Assembly: GCA_963663475.2 (NCBI GenBank)
Contig: CAXXJV010000001.1
Span: 928,001-992,000, forward strand
Direction of reading: 5' to 3'
DNA length: 64,000 bases
DNA from: Candidatus Cloacimonadales bacterium
GTDB taxonomy: Bacteria; Cloacimonadota; Cloacimonadia; Cloacimonadales; JAFGVF01
Below the pieces are notes generated by a model that saw only the letters and a list, made by a program, of their open reading frames with translations, was not told where the DNA came from and searched no databases. Numbering within the stretch: the first letter of the stretch is position 1; every line of letters starts with the position of its first letter. Below are positions 29,132-38,307 of this stretch, one piece after another. The position numbers were made by a program, and so were the translations under genes.

Positions 29132-29186
29132 ACAATGCTATTTTCTAAACTTATGAATAAGGCTAAAGCTTAACTCAGAAAGTGAA

Positions 29187-29255
29187 TCCCCTTTCAGCTC
29201 GTAAGAGCGGTATGAGAGGGGTGCCGTAAGGCGGGGAGAGTAGACATTCCCCTTT
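29187..29255 (+). repeat. Single copy of the 60-bp GC-rich hairpin repeat
   Basis: Nearly identical to the units at 29489-29669. Confidence 0.9.
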
Positions 29256-29322
29256 GATTCTTTACACGAATTAACACGAATTAACACGAATTAGAACGAA
29301 TTTCACGAATAAGAAAAGCTCT

Positions 29323-29819
29323 TTAACACGGAGTTCATAGAGGTAAAGAGGAGTTTCACAGAGTTTTTTTTTTTGCATAAATCTACCTTGCTAAAAGCCT
29401 GCCCATCTTTGGGTCGCGGGATTCTAGCCCGCGGTTATGCAGATTACAAGTGGTTACGGGAATGGGTCGCGGGATTGTTGTCTCTTAATTCCCCTTTCAG
29501 CTCGTAAGAGCGGTATGAGAGGGGTGCCGTAAGGCGGGGAGAGTAACATTCCCCTTTCAGCTCGTAAGAGCGGTATGAGAGGGGTGCCGTAAGGCGGGGA
29601 GAGTAACATTCCCCTTTCAGCTCGTAAGAGCGGTATGAGAGGGGTGCCGTAAGGCGGGGAGAGTAAACATTCTCCTTGCATGAACTAAGACGAATTTCAC
29701 AAATTACTTTTGCAAAAAGCATAAAAAGATAAGAACAGATAATTGAGAAATGACTTTAGTTTTAAAATAAAAAAAAACTCTGTGAAACTCTGTGGTGACC
29801 TCTGTGAACTCTGTGTTAA
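29323..29819. repeat. ~50-bp inverted repeats (29323-29374 / 29769-29819) enclosing other repeat families
   Basis: TTAACACGGAGTTCATAGAGGT..GAGTTTCACAGAGTTTT vs AAAACTCTGTGAAACTC..ACCTCTGTGAACTCTGTGTTAA. Confidence 0.8.
29489..29669 (+). repeat. Three tandem 60-bp GC-rich units
   Basis: TTCCCCTTTCAGCTCGTAAGAGCGGTATGAGAGGGGTGCCGTAAGGCGGGGAGAGTAACA x3. Confidence 0.95.
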
Positions 29820-29938
29820 GGATAATTACTAAGGAGTTGAGATTCTCACCTGCAAAAATTAACTATGTAGCTAAAATAATTATTGACACTAGCATGTCCC
29901 TAGCTTATTATTTGTTTATATGATAATAAGGAGAATAT

Positions 29939-32443
29939 ATGAATAAGTATCTTGTTCTATTAGTAATATTACTAGTTTTCTTATTGAATTTGACAGCTGA
30001 AAGAATTGTTATGAGTTCTTCTGCTAATGGTGTTAAAGTAATTTCATCAAATAGTAATTCTAGTATCTTGCAAGCTGAAATAGCTTCATTTACGAAGGAA
30101 GAGCTTTTAATCAATGGCAAGATCTATTATCATATTTCACTGGAAAATGAAGGTGAAACTTATGAAAAAGGAGCTCCCCAAGTTCCCCAAGTTTCCTCTA
30201 GTATTATTATAGACAATCATTCTCAGGTAGTTTTAAAGATTACTAAATCACGTTATGAAGAATTTCACATTGACTTAGCACCCTCTAAGGGCATTATCAC
30301 AAGAGACCAAGACCCTCTCAAAGTCCCTTATGAATTTGGCGATATTTATGCTCAAAACTCTTTTTACCCAAGTCAACTAGCGTCCCTTTCAGAAGCCTAT
30401 ATTTTAAGGAATTATCGAGGAGTTACTCTTACCTTTAGTCCATTTCAGTATAATCCCAAGACTAGGTTACTGAGAGTTTATACTCTTATACAGGTAGAAG
30501 TTAGTAAGACTAATCAGCTTGGTAGCAATAGATTAGTTTCTCCTGCTAAGAATGTTAAATCTTTTGAAATGCTCTCTAGAAATCATTTTTTAAATTATCA
30601 GCATCTCCGTTATGACCCATTAGATGATTTTGGTTCAATCTTAGTAATTGCCCCAGAAAACTATTTTGCAAGTATGCAGATCTATGCCAACTGGAAGATT
30701 CAGAAGGGTATTCCTACAGAAATTGTTGATGTTGCAAGCATAGGAAATACTGGCAATGCAATCAAGGCCTATATTCAGAATTACTATAATACGCATCCAG
30801 ATTTAGCATTTGTTCAGATAGCTGGAGATGCCAGTCAGGTAGCCACATTAACGTCTGGGGGAGGAGGTGCAGATCCTAAGTATGCTTTAGTAGCTGGTAA
30901 TGATAACTATCCAGATATCTTTATTTCTAGGTTTTCGGCAGAAACAAACAGTCAATTACTCACTCAAATAGAAAGAAGTATTCATTATGAACGAGATTTA
31001 AATTCCTCTGCAACATATTTATCTAAAGCTTTAGGTATTGCTTCAGATCAGGGGGGAGTAAGTCAGGGAGATAATGGGGAATCAGATATTTCCCATATGA
31101 ATATTATAAGAAACAAGTTGCTTAACTACAACTATAATCAAGTTGATCAGGTATATGATCCCAATGCGAATAGTCAGTTAGTTGCCACTTCTCTCAACGA
31201 AGGGAGAGGACTTGTTAATTATATAGGTCATGGCTCGACATATTCTTGGGCTACTAGTAGTTTTTCTAATTCCAATATTAACGCTTTGACCAATGTAGAT
31301 AAACTTCCCTTTATTGTTTCTGTTGCCTGTCTTAATGGCAATTTCGTGAACAATACTTGTTTTGCTGAAGCTTGGATGAGAGCAAATCACAATGAACAAG
31401 CAAGTGGAGCTATAGCAGTATACGCTTCAAGCATTAACCAGTCTTGGGATTCTCCCATGAGAGGACAAGATGAAATAAATGACCTCTTAGTTAATGAAAG
31501 TTTATCCTCTATTGGTGGTTTGTTTTACAGCGGTGCATGTGCCATGATGGATTCTTATGGATTAGATGGACAAAATATGTATAATACCTGGCATATTTTT
31601 GGTGATGGATCACTACAAGTAAGAAGTGATACTCCCCAAAGCATGCAGGTTGCTCATGCAGGGATTATTAGAGGAAATCAAACTGTTTATGATATTGCTA
31701 CTGATACTTCTGATGCTCTAGTAGCCTTGACTTATAATAACAGAATTATTGCTAGTGGTTATACTGACTTAGAGGGGAATATATCTTTAAACTTAGGAGA
31801 TTTGCCTGCTAGTCCACGAGAGTTAAATCTTACTATAACCGCATTTAACAGAATTAGTAAGATTGAGAGGGTAAGTTTATTGGAAAACTATCCTAACTGG
31901 CAAGCTGTCATATATCCTAATAATTCAGCAACTATCTATGCAGAAGTAAGAAATATAGGAGAAGAGGTTACAGAAGAGGATATAATATCAGTCTGGGTAA
32001 ATAATGAATGCCGGGGGCTAGGACAAATCACTTTAGCCAATAATAATCAAGCCTATACAAGTATTCTTGTGCAATCTAATGGTAGCTTAGAAAATGCTAG
32101 CTTTAAATTATATGATAGATCTGCTGATCTTGTTATTGAGCAATCTAATTGCGTTAGTATTACTAGTGGGCAAGTAATTGGTTCAGAGCAAGAACCATTT
32201 ATTATCAGCTTAGGGTTAATTCAACTTCCTGCACCTGATAATATAGATATTGAGATCATAAATAATGAGATAAATATTACTTGGACTAATGTCCCTCAGG
32301 CTCATTATTATGAACTTTATTACTCATTTGATTTAGTGAACTGGATAGAGCTAGGACAAACTTCTACTAATTCTTATCTGGATAACCAGGCAGGATATGG
32401 TGAACATAGTAAGTTTTACATGATCAAAGCCAAACAGCAGTAG
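29939..32443 (+). CDS. C25 family (gingipain-like) cysteine peptidase with propeptide
   Basis: Signal peptide, APSKG propeptide motif, catalytic NYIGHG and SVACLNG, WHIFGD. Confidence 0.92.
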   Translation: MNKYLVLLVILLVFLLNLTAERIVMSSSANGVKVISSNSNSSILQAEIASFTKEELLINGKIYYHISLENEGETYEKGAPQVPQVSSSIIIDNHSQVVLKITKSRYEEFHIDLAPSKGIITRDQDPLKVPYEFGDIYAQNSFYPSQLASLSEAYILRNYRGVTLTFSPFQYNPKTRLLRVYTLIQVEVSKTNQLGSNRLVSPAKNVKSFEMLSRNHFLNYQHLRYDPLDDFGSILVIAPENYFASMQIYANWKIQKGIPTEIVDVASIGNTGNAIKAYIQNYYNTHPDLAFVQIAGDASQVATLTSGGGGADPKYALVAGNDNYPDIFISRFSAETNSQLLTQIERSIHYERDLNSSATYLSKALGIASDQGGVSQGDNGESDISHMNIIRNKLLNYNYNQVDQVYDPNANSQLVATSLNEGRGLVNYIGHGSTYSWATSSFSNSNINALTNVDKLPFIVSVACLNGNFVNNTCFAEAWMRANHNEQASGAIAVYASSINQSWDSPMRGQDEINDLLVNESLSSIGGLFYSGACAMMDSYGLDGQNMYNTWHIFGDGSLQVRSDTPQSMQVAHAGIIRGNQTVYDIATDTSDALVALTYNNRIIASGYTDLEGNISLNLGDLPASPRELNLTITAFNRISKIERVSLLENYPNWQAVIYPNNSATIYAEVRNIGEEVTEEDIISVWVNNECRGLGQITLANNNQAYTSILVQSNGSLENASFKLYDRSADLVIEQSNCVSITSGQVIGSEQEPFIISLGLIQLPAPDNIDIEIINNEINITWTNVPQAHYYELYYSFDLVNWIELGQTSTNSYLDNQAGYGEHSKFYMIKAKQQ

Positions 32444-32529
32444 TGCTATGCGCAAAGGTCTACTGCATTATTGGGATAATTTGCACTCTTCCCTAAAAGT
32501 CTTTAAAACTACTTGAGTTAAGAGCAAAA

Positions 32530-32562
32530 ACTCAGAGTGCTGACAAAGCCAACACTCTGAGT
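32530..32562. terminator. Hairpin between convergent C25 and thiC genes
   Basis: ACTCAGAGTG..CACTCTGAGT stem; the A run gives a U tail on the minus strand. Confidence 0.6.
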
Positions 32563-32608
32563 GAGAGACTTAGCTCCCTCAAAAGAGATTTAGCTAGTAG
32601 TATTGAGA

Positions 32609-33886
32609 CTAATCCTCAATACCTCTATCTGTCCTTACGGCACAGAGTTTACCACACATAGTGCAATAATCATCATTCTTAGATTCTGAATTATCTTTTC
32701 TTTCTTTAGCAAGCTCAGGATCTAGTGAATTTACATAGATAGTATTCCAATCAAATTCTCTTCTAGCCTGGGAAACTCTATGGTCTCTTTCAATTGCACC
32801 AGGAACTTTTTTAACAATATCACCAGCATGGGCAGCAATCTTAGTTGCAATGATACCCTGCTTGACATCATCAGCTGTTGGTAAACATAGATGTTCGGCT
32901 GGAGTAACATAGCAGAGAAAATCTACACCTGCTCCAGCAGCTAAAGCACCACCAATTGCCCCTGTTATATGATCATAGCCTGAAGCTATGTCTGTTACTA
33001 GAGGTCCTAAGACATAGAAGGGAGCTTCTTTGCAGATAGACTTCATTAATTTTACATTCATTTCAACTTGATCTAAAGGGATGTGACCAGGTCCTTCTAC
33101 CATGACCTGAACTCCTCTATTTCTTGCCCTATCTACTAATTCTCCTAAGACAAGTAGTTCTGCAAATTGACCACGATCTGAAGCATCAGATTGACATCCA
33201 GGCCGCATACCATCTCCTAGAGAAAGAGTAACATCATATTTAGCACAAATTTCTAGAAGTCTATCATATTCCTCATAAAGTGGATTCTCACAATTATGAT
33301 TTTTCATCCATTGCTTAATTAGAGAACCACCCCTAGATACTATTCCTAGTAATCTGTCAGAAGTTTCATAAGTAGCAACACTTTGCTTAGTTATACCACA
33401 ATGGACAGTGATAAAATCTACTCCAATTTTGGCATGATTCTCTATCTCTTCAAAGAGTAAGTCTGAGGTCATATCATAAAAAGCCTTTCCTTCAGATAAG
33501 AGCTTACTCATGACATTGTAAATAGGAACAGTTCCCACCATAAGAGGAGAACTATGAACCATCATTTTCAAGATAGCTGTTAAATCTCCCCCTGTTGATA
33601 AATCCATAATACTGTCTGCTCCATATTTTACAGAAGTCTTAAGCTTTTCTAATTCTTCTTCTATATCGCAATGTTTCTCAGAAGTTCCAATATTTGAGTT
33701 AACTTTAGTTGTTAGTCCTAAACCAATACCTACAGCCGAAAAGTCATGGTTAATGTTTTTAGGTATTACTATTTTTCCTTGGGCTACTAGGTCTCTGATA
33801 TATTCTTTAGTTCTATTTTCTTTTCTTGCAACAATCTCCATTTCTGGAGTAATTATGCCCTTTAAGGCAGATTCTAATTGAGTCAT
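32609..33886 (-). CDS. thiC: Phosphomethylpyrimidine synthase
   Basis: KVNSNIGTS, SRGGS, EGPGH, CYVTPAEHL, C-terminal CTMCGKLC. Confidence 0.97.
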   Translation of the reverse strand: MTQLESALKGIITPEMEIVARKENRTKEYIRDLVAQGKIVIPKNINHDFSAVGIGLGLTTKVNSNIGTSEKHCDIEEELEKLKTSVKYGADSIMDLSTGGDLTAILKMMVHSSPLMVGTVPIYNVMSKLLSEGKAFYDMTSDLLFEEIENHAKIGVDFITVHCGITKQSVATYETSDRLLGIVSRGGSLIKQWMKNHNCENPLYEEYDRLLEICAKYDVTLSLGDGMRPGCQSDASDRGQFAELLVLGELVDRARNRGVQVMVEGPGHIPLDQVEMNVKLMKSICKEAPFYVLGPLVTDIASGYDHITGAIGGALAAGAGVDFLCYVTPAEHLCLPTADDVKQGIIATKIAAHAGDIVKKVPGAIERDHRVSQARREFDWNTIYVNSLDPELAKERKDNSESKNDDYCTMCGKLCAVRTDRGIED

Positions 33887-33895
33887 ATTATCCTT

Positions 33896-34510
33896 TTAGA
33901 TATGTAATTTAGTTAGTATTTTTAACAGTCTTTCTTCTAAATCATGATGATTCATAAAGTATCTTACTAAAGAGATATTTTCTGCACCAGCATAAACAAC
34001 TTCTTCTACATTGGTCTCATCAATACCACCAATTGCAACTACAGGTATAGGAGATACTTGGACTACATCCTTGATTGTATCTAAGCCTACAGCTGGATCA
34101 GGTTTTGCTTTGGTAGGAGTAGGGAAGATAGGACCATAGCCTATATAATCTGGATTCTGATTAATAGCTTTGTGGGCCTGATCTAGGGAATGAGTGGAAA
34201 GTCCATAGATTTTATCATTGCCAAAAATTGTTTTAGCTTCTTCTAAAGAAAGATCATCTTGACCTAAGTGCAAACCATCAGCATTCACTATTTTAGCTAA
34301 ATCAGCCCTATCATTCATGATGAAGTTGCTAGCTGTTCCTGAAGTTATCTTCATAATCTCTCTACTGGCAGCAATTATTTCTCTATCTGATAGTGATTTC
34401 TCTCTTAGCTGTATGTACTTGATATTATACTTAACCGCTATTCGAGCTAGATCTTGGTATGATAAAACTGGATTGCTTATGATTAAATATATTCCAAAAT
34501 TTGTGGTCAT
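33896..34510 (-). CDS. thiE: Thiamine-phosphate synthase
   Basis: QLREK, NDR, HLGQDD, GPIFPTPTK, AIGGI. Confidence 0.95.
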   Translation of the reverse strand: MTTNFGIYLIISNPVLSYQDLARIAVKYNIKYIQLREKSLSDREIIAASREIMKITSGTASNFIMNDRADLAKIVNADGLHLGQDDLSLEEAKTIFGNDKIYGLSTHSLDQAHKAINQNPDYIGYGPIFPTPTKAKPDPAVGLDTIKDVVQVSPIPVVAIGGIDETNVEEVVYAGAENISLVRYFMNHHDLEERLLKILTKLHI

Positions 34511-35280
34511 TGGTCTAAACTTTCTATGATTAGTTGAGCAACTTTTTGACCAGAAAGTAACATGCCTCCAAATATTGGACCCATTCGGAAAGAACCGCTT
34601 ACTCCATTGGCTGCCATTCCTGATACAAAAAGTCCAGGATAAACTTCTTTAGTATTCTTTACAGTAGCTTCTTCACCTTCTTCCACAGAAAGAGACCTTT
34701 CGCCTTGAACTTGTCCACTAGGAGTATTTAACTTAATATTATTTTTTTTGGCTACAGTTGTGGTTACTTCACAAGGATGACCTGTGCCATCAAGCACTCT
34801 TTTAGCCATTATTACTAAAGGATCTACATGAAGGCCTTGGCGGATTACTGTTGACCAATTTACAACAACTCCTGCTACTTTTTCCTCTTGAAAAACTACA
34901 TCTTCTACTATGAAACCGTTATTAATAATTGCTCCTGCTTTACTAGCTGCATAGATTAAGGCAGATGTAGCATGGACAGAGTCACAGGTAAGACAAGTAT
35001 CATCATATTTCTGGTAAGTGATAGCAAATTCATCTAAGATTGCTTTAGCTTGATTCTGTACAACTATTTGATTAAAGAGCATTGCTCCACCCCACATACC
35101 ACCACCTGGTGCTAATTTAGACTCAAAAACTGCTACTTTTTTCCCTGCTTTGGCTAAATATGTCGCTGCTACTAAGCCTGATGGCCCTGCCCCAACTATG
35201 GCAACATCCAATTCTAAAATACTCTTCAATTTGTTAAAATAGGTATCAATAATACCTCGAGAAACTGTAAGTTCCATCAT
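34507..35280 (-). CDS. thi4: Sulfide-dependent thiazole synthase (THI4 family)
   Basis: VGAGPSGL, GGGMWGG, HVDP, RMGPIFGGMLLSG. Confidence 0.93.
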   Translation of the reverse strand: MMELTVSRGIIDTYFNKLKSILELDVAIVGAGPSGLVAATYLAKAGKKVAVFESKLAPGGGMWGGAMLFNQIVVQNQAKAILDEFAITYQKYDDTCLTCDSVHATSALIYAASKAGAIINNGFIVEDVVFQEEKVAGVVVNWSTVIRQGLHVDPLVIMAKRVLDGTGHPCEVTTTVAKKNNIKLNTPSGQVQGERSLSVEEGEEATVKNTKEVYPGLFVSGMAANGVSGSFRMGPIFGGMLLSGQKVAQLIIESLDQ

Positions 35281-35335
35281 TCCTCCAATTCTTTTATTAT
35301 TTTTTTTTGGAGGATAATGCCTTAATGAAGGTCAA

Positions 35336-35496
35336 ATCCAAAAAATGCAGTTGGACTTTGTCAATAGCTCAATATTTATCTGCAAAAGTAAGATTCAAAA
35401 TTTTTCCTAATATAGATTATATGTGGCTAAATATTGAAAGCTAGTTTGCTTGAATAATCTGAATTCTTGCCGAAAGTTTTAATGCATAATCTGGGT
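35336..35496. mobile_element. Diverged ~161-bp MITE copy within the thi leader
   Basis: Colinear similarity to 8101-8263 (TGCAGT.GAC.TTG, CTGCAAAAGT, GAATAATCTG, end CTGGGT-TAA). Confidence 0.7.
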
Positions 35497-35529
35497 TAAA
35501 GTTGTAAGGTGAGTAAAAAAAAATAGCAT

Positions 35530-35602
35530 CTCACTTCCTTCGCCAGCATTACCCGGATCAGGTTCTAAGGGTATAATCTCAGCCATATGGCACCCCTGAA
35601 TC
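35530..35602 (-). promoter_or_regulatory. TPP riboswitch aptamer
   Basis: Minus strand AGGGGTGC..CTGAGATTATACCCTTAGAACCTGATCCGGGTAATGCTGGCGAAGG, upstream of thi4-thiE-thiC. Confidence 0.93.
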
Positions 35603-35676
35603 TGCATGATTAAAGCAATTAATAAATCATCTAAAAATGTGTCAAGTAGAGAATTAGAGATAAGCTTTTGAAAAAA

Positions 35677-37221
35677 CTAATACTTAACCATAAGCTCAGT
35701 AATAACTAAATCTCCTTTAGTGACTTGCAGATAGCTTTTGTCTCCCAGTGAAACTTGCACTTTCTGGAGAGAATAGTTTGCATGTGGCCAGTGAGCAACT
35801 TCAGCATAAATAAGATAATCTCCTGAGGTAAGTAGGTTGCCTTTAGAATCCTTGTAATCCCAGTATAAGATATGTTTACCGCTATCTATTGATGCTCCTG
35901 TTACTCTAACAATAGTGTTTTCAAATTCAGACTTCTTAGCCCATCTGGGTAGATGAACTTGCTTTTCCTTAATATTTGCTGAAAAACCTGATACATAGAG
36001 ACTTCTAATATAGTTTCCTTGTAAGTCTTCTACCCAAATAGCTGTTTGAGGAGCTATATAATCACCAAAGCCCAAAGAAAGACTAATTTGACAGTGACTA
36101 GTCTCAGGTCTCTTAGCCTGTGATTTATCAAATTGCATATCTTTAACAAGAGCTTGCTTTTCATTTTGACTTGCTGAAGCTACAAAAGAGTCAGTAAGTT
36201 TCTTTCTTGTTTTTCTTTTAAGAATGCTTCTTTGAATCTCTTTGGCAAGTTCTATATTGGAATCACTTTTGCTGTTTTCTATTATCCACAGGCACTCCTC
36301 CTGGGCATCTTCCAGAGAATTTACAAAGAAGGGGAGTTGGGATAGGACTTGAGCTTTTAAGAGGCGAAAATCTTCACTATTAGGTAGCAAGACTACAATT
36401 CTATTAAGAGCATAGGCTACGTTAAAGGCCAAATCTGTCATAAATGCTACATCTTCATATACATTCTCGTTATAACCATTCTCGGAGACCTGCCTAATAA
36501 CTTGAAGATATTTTAGATAAAGATCTATATTAGTAGTATCTTGTTTCGTAGCTTGAGTAAGACTATTATAAGCTTGAATATAATCACCTTCTTCAAGAAA
36601 TTTATCTGCTTGACTTTGGTAATCATCTTCAGGAATAAGCTCCTTTGCATTAGTCTTTGTTAATTCTTGTAGCTGTAGTAAAGAGTCTTGATAAAATTGC
36701 GAATCCTTACCATAACGGATAATATTTTTATAGTAGTCTATTGCCTTTTTATCTTCACCTTTTTTCTGATAAGCAAATGCTAAATAATATGATGTAACTA
36801 GATAGTCATCATTGCTAAGTCCAGGGCTTTTAGATATTTTCTCTAAATCAGCAATTCCCTTGTTTAACTTATTAAAGAATTTAGGCACATTAACTCGTAA
36901 AATACCTCTCCAGAGAATAGTATTTTTATGATTAATATCTATCTGTAAAGCTTGATCAAAAATTCTCTCAGCCTGATAAACCATTGACCCTGCCTTGATA
37001 AGATTAGCTTGACCTGAGCCTTTACTCACCATTAAGCCATAAACACTTAATACATCAACATTCTCTGGAAAATCTTTAGAAGCTTGCTCCATAATCTCAA
37101 TAGCTTTAAAGATATCTTCATCTTCCATAGCATAGGCAGATGAAATATAATCTTCTGCTGTTTTAGCAAAAATAGAGACCATTAATAAGAAGAATAGTCC
37201 GATTAAATATATTCTTTTCAT
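35677..37221 (-). CDS. Secreted TPR protein with C-terminal DUF2271-like domain
   Basis: Signal peptide, TPR helices, PQTAIWVED..YIRSLYV..LPRW..VTGAS..WD. Confidence 0.8.
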   Translation of the reverse strand: MKRIYLIGLFFLLMVSIFAKTAEDYISSAYAMEDEDIFKAIEIMEQASKDFPENVDVLSVYGLMVSKGSGQANLIKAGSMVYQAERIFDQALQIDINHKNTILWRGILRVNVPKFFNKLNKGIADLEKISKSPGLSNDDYLVTSYYLAFAYQKKGEDKKAIDYYKNIIRYGKDSQFYQDSLLQLQELTKTNAKELIPEDDYQSQADKFLEEGDYIQAYNSLTQATKQDTTNIDLYLKYLQVIRQVSENGYNENVYEDVAFMTDLAFNVAYALNRIVVLLPNSEDFRLLKAQVLSQLPFFVNSLEDAQEECLWIIENSKSDSNIELAKEIQRSILKRKTRKKLTDSFVASASQNEKQALVKDMQFDKSQAKRPETSHCQISLSLGFGDYIAPQTAIWVEDLQGNYIRSLYVSGFSANIKEKQVHLPRWAKKSEFENTIVRVTGASIDSGKHILYWDYKDSKGNLLTSGDYLIYAEVAHWPHANYSLQKVQVSLGDKSYLQVTKGDLVITELMVKY

Positions 37222-37224
37222 CTC

Positions 37225-37542
37225 TTATTCCTTTATGTTCACTAATCTTTCTAAAGTCTCAATATACTTAGCATAGGCTTTTTTACCCTTATCACTCAAC
37301 CAATATATGGTTATGGGTTTTCTATCAATAAAGGACTTCTTAAAGGAAATGTAGTTTGCTTGTTCTAACTTCCGCAAATGAGTACTTAAATTACCATCTG
37401 AAGTTTTGGTTTGCTTCTTAAGTGTTGCAAAATCAGTTTTCCCTCTAGTAAGAAGAATTGTCATAATAGCTAATCTGATCCTAGCATGAATGATGTCATC
37501 TAATTCATTGTAATCAAATACAGCTTCAATATCTATAGACAT
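37225..37542 (-). CDS. Winged-helix transcriptional regulator (HTH_34 type)
   Basis: IIHARIRLAIM, SDGNLSTHLRKLE, KSFIDRKP. Confidence 0.9.
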   Translation of the reverse strand: MSIDIEAVFDYNELDDIIHARIRLAIMTILLTRGKTDFATLKKQTKTSDGNLSTHLRKLEQANYISFKKSFIDRKPITIYWLSDKGKKAYAKYIETLERLVNIKE

Positions 37543-38148
37543 TTATCTATTCTCCTTTCTCCACAGCATTTCAAGCTTAACACCTGGCAATACTTGAAGT
37601 ATAAACATTAAACCTGCAAAATAAAGAAGAGTCTTACTTCCTCCAAAGACATCAACCCTAATTAGGAAGAATAAAGCTATTGAAGTTATCCACCACAGAA
37701 TACCAACAATTCTTAACCATTTATATTGATTTAACCAACCTTCTATGAAGAAGGCAGAACCAAGTATTGTTCCCATCATGGGAGATATTGCATATGGGTT
37801 AACAACTTGGGCTAGAGAGGTGATAAAAGCTAAAATCATCATTGCTATGCCATGACACATCCAGATTACTCCTAAAATTTGCTGTGAATAAGATGAAACA
37901 GTTAATTTCTCCCTTTTGCTTTCAACTAACCATGATACAAGCCAGCCTAAACTAGTTGCAATTAACCATACTCCCATATAGTACCAACCACTTTGCATGT
38001 GATTATGAATTCCCCAATAGGTCATGATTAAGGCTGAAATAACAAATAACCCCCATACTATTGAAGGCATTCCACTACTTAAGGCTAACTTTCTATTATC
38101 CTCAACTAAGGATTTTATAAATCTTAAACTTTCTTCTGCGTTTTTCAT
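37543..38148 (-). CDS. Six-TM membrane protein
   Basis: Start set at MKNAEESL after AGGAG; multiple hydrophobic segments; abuts the regulator gene. Confidence 0.8.
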   Translation of the reverse strand: MKNAEESLRFIKSLVEDNRKLALSSGMPSIVWGLFVISALIMTYWGIHNHMQSGWYYMGVWLIATSLGWLVSWLVESKREKLTVSSYSQQILGVIWMCHGIAMMILAFITSLAQVVNPYAISPMMGTILGSAFFIEGWLNQYKWLRIVGILWWITSIALFFLIRVDVFGGSKTLLYFAGLMFILQVLPGVKLEMLWRKENR

Positions 38149-38181
38149 TTTTTTGCTCCTTTTAATTTTTATGTGCATAGT

Positions 38182-38198
38182 ACTTTGAAATACAAAGT
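38182..38198. promoter_or_regulatory. Palindromic operator candidate ACTTTG-N5-CAAAGT
   Basis: Perfect 6-bp inverted repeat in the divergent promoter region of the regulator operon. Confidence 0.55.
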
Positions 38199-38307
38199 CA
38201 ATTTAATTTAAAAGTTTAATTAAGCAAGTTATTTTTTTATTCTGGACAAAATAATCGCTATTTACCAAAGTGAAAATAGTCTTAAAGTCTTTGAAATAGG
38301 GAAAATT

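Noticed and set aside
29489..29669. CRISPR array
   Set aside because: Head-to-tail identical units with no unique spacers.
29444..29722. ORFs 29444-29722 and 29454-29681
   Set aside because: They arise from the 60-bp tandem repeat, whose period is divisible by 3.
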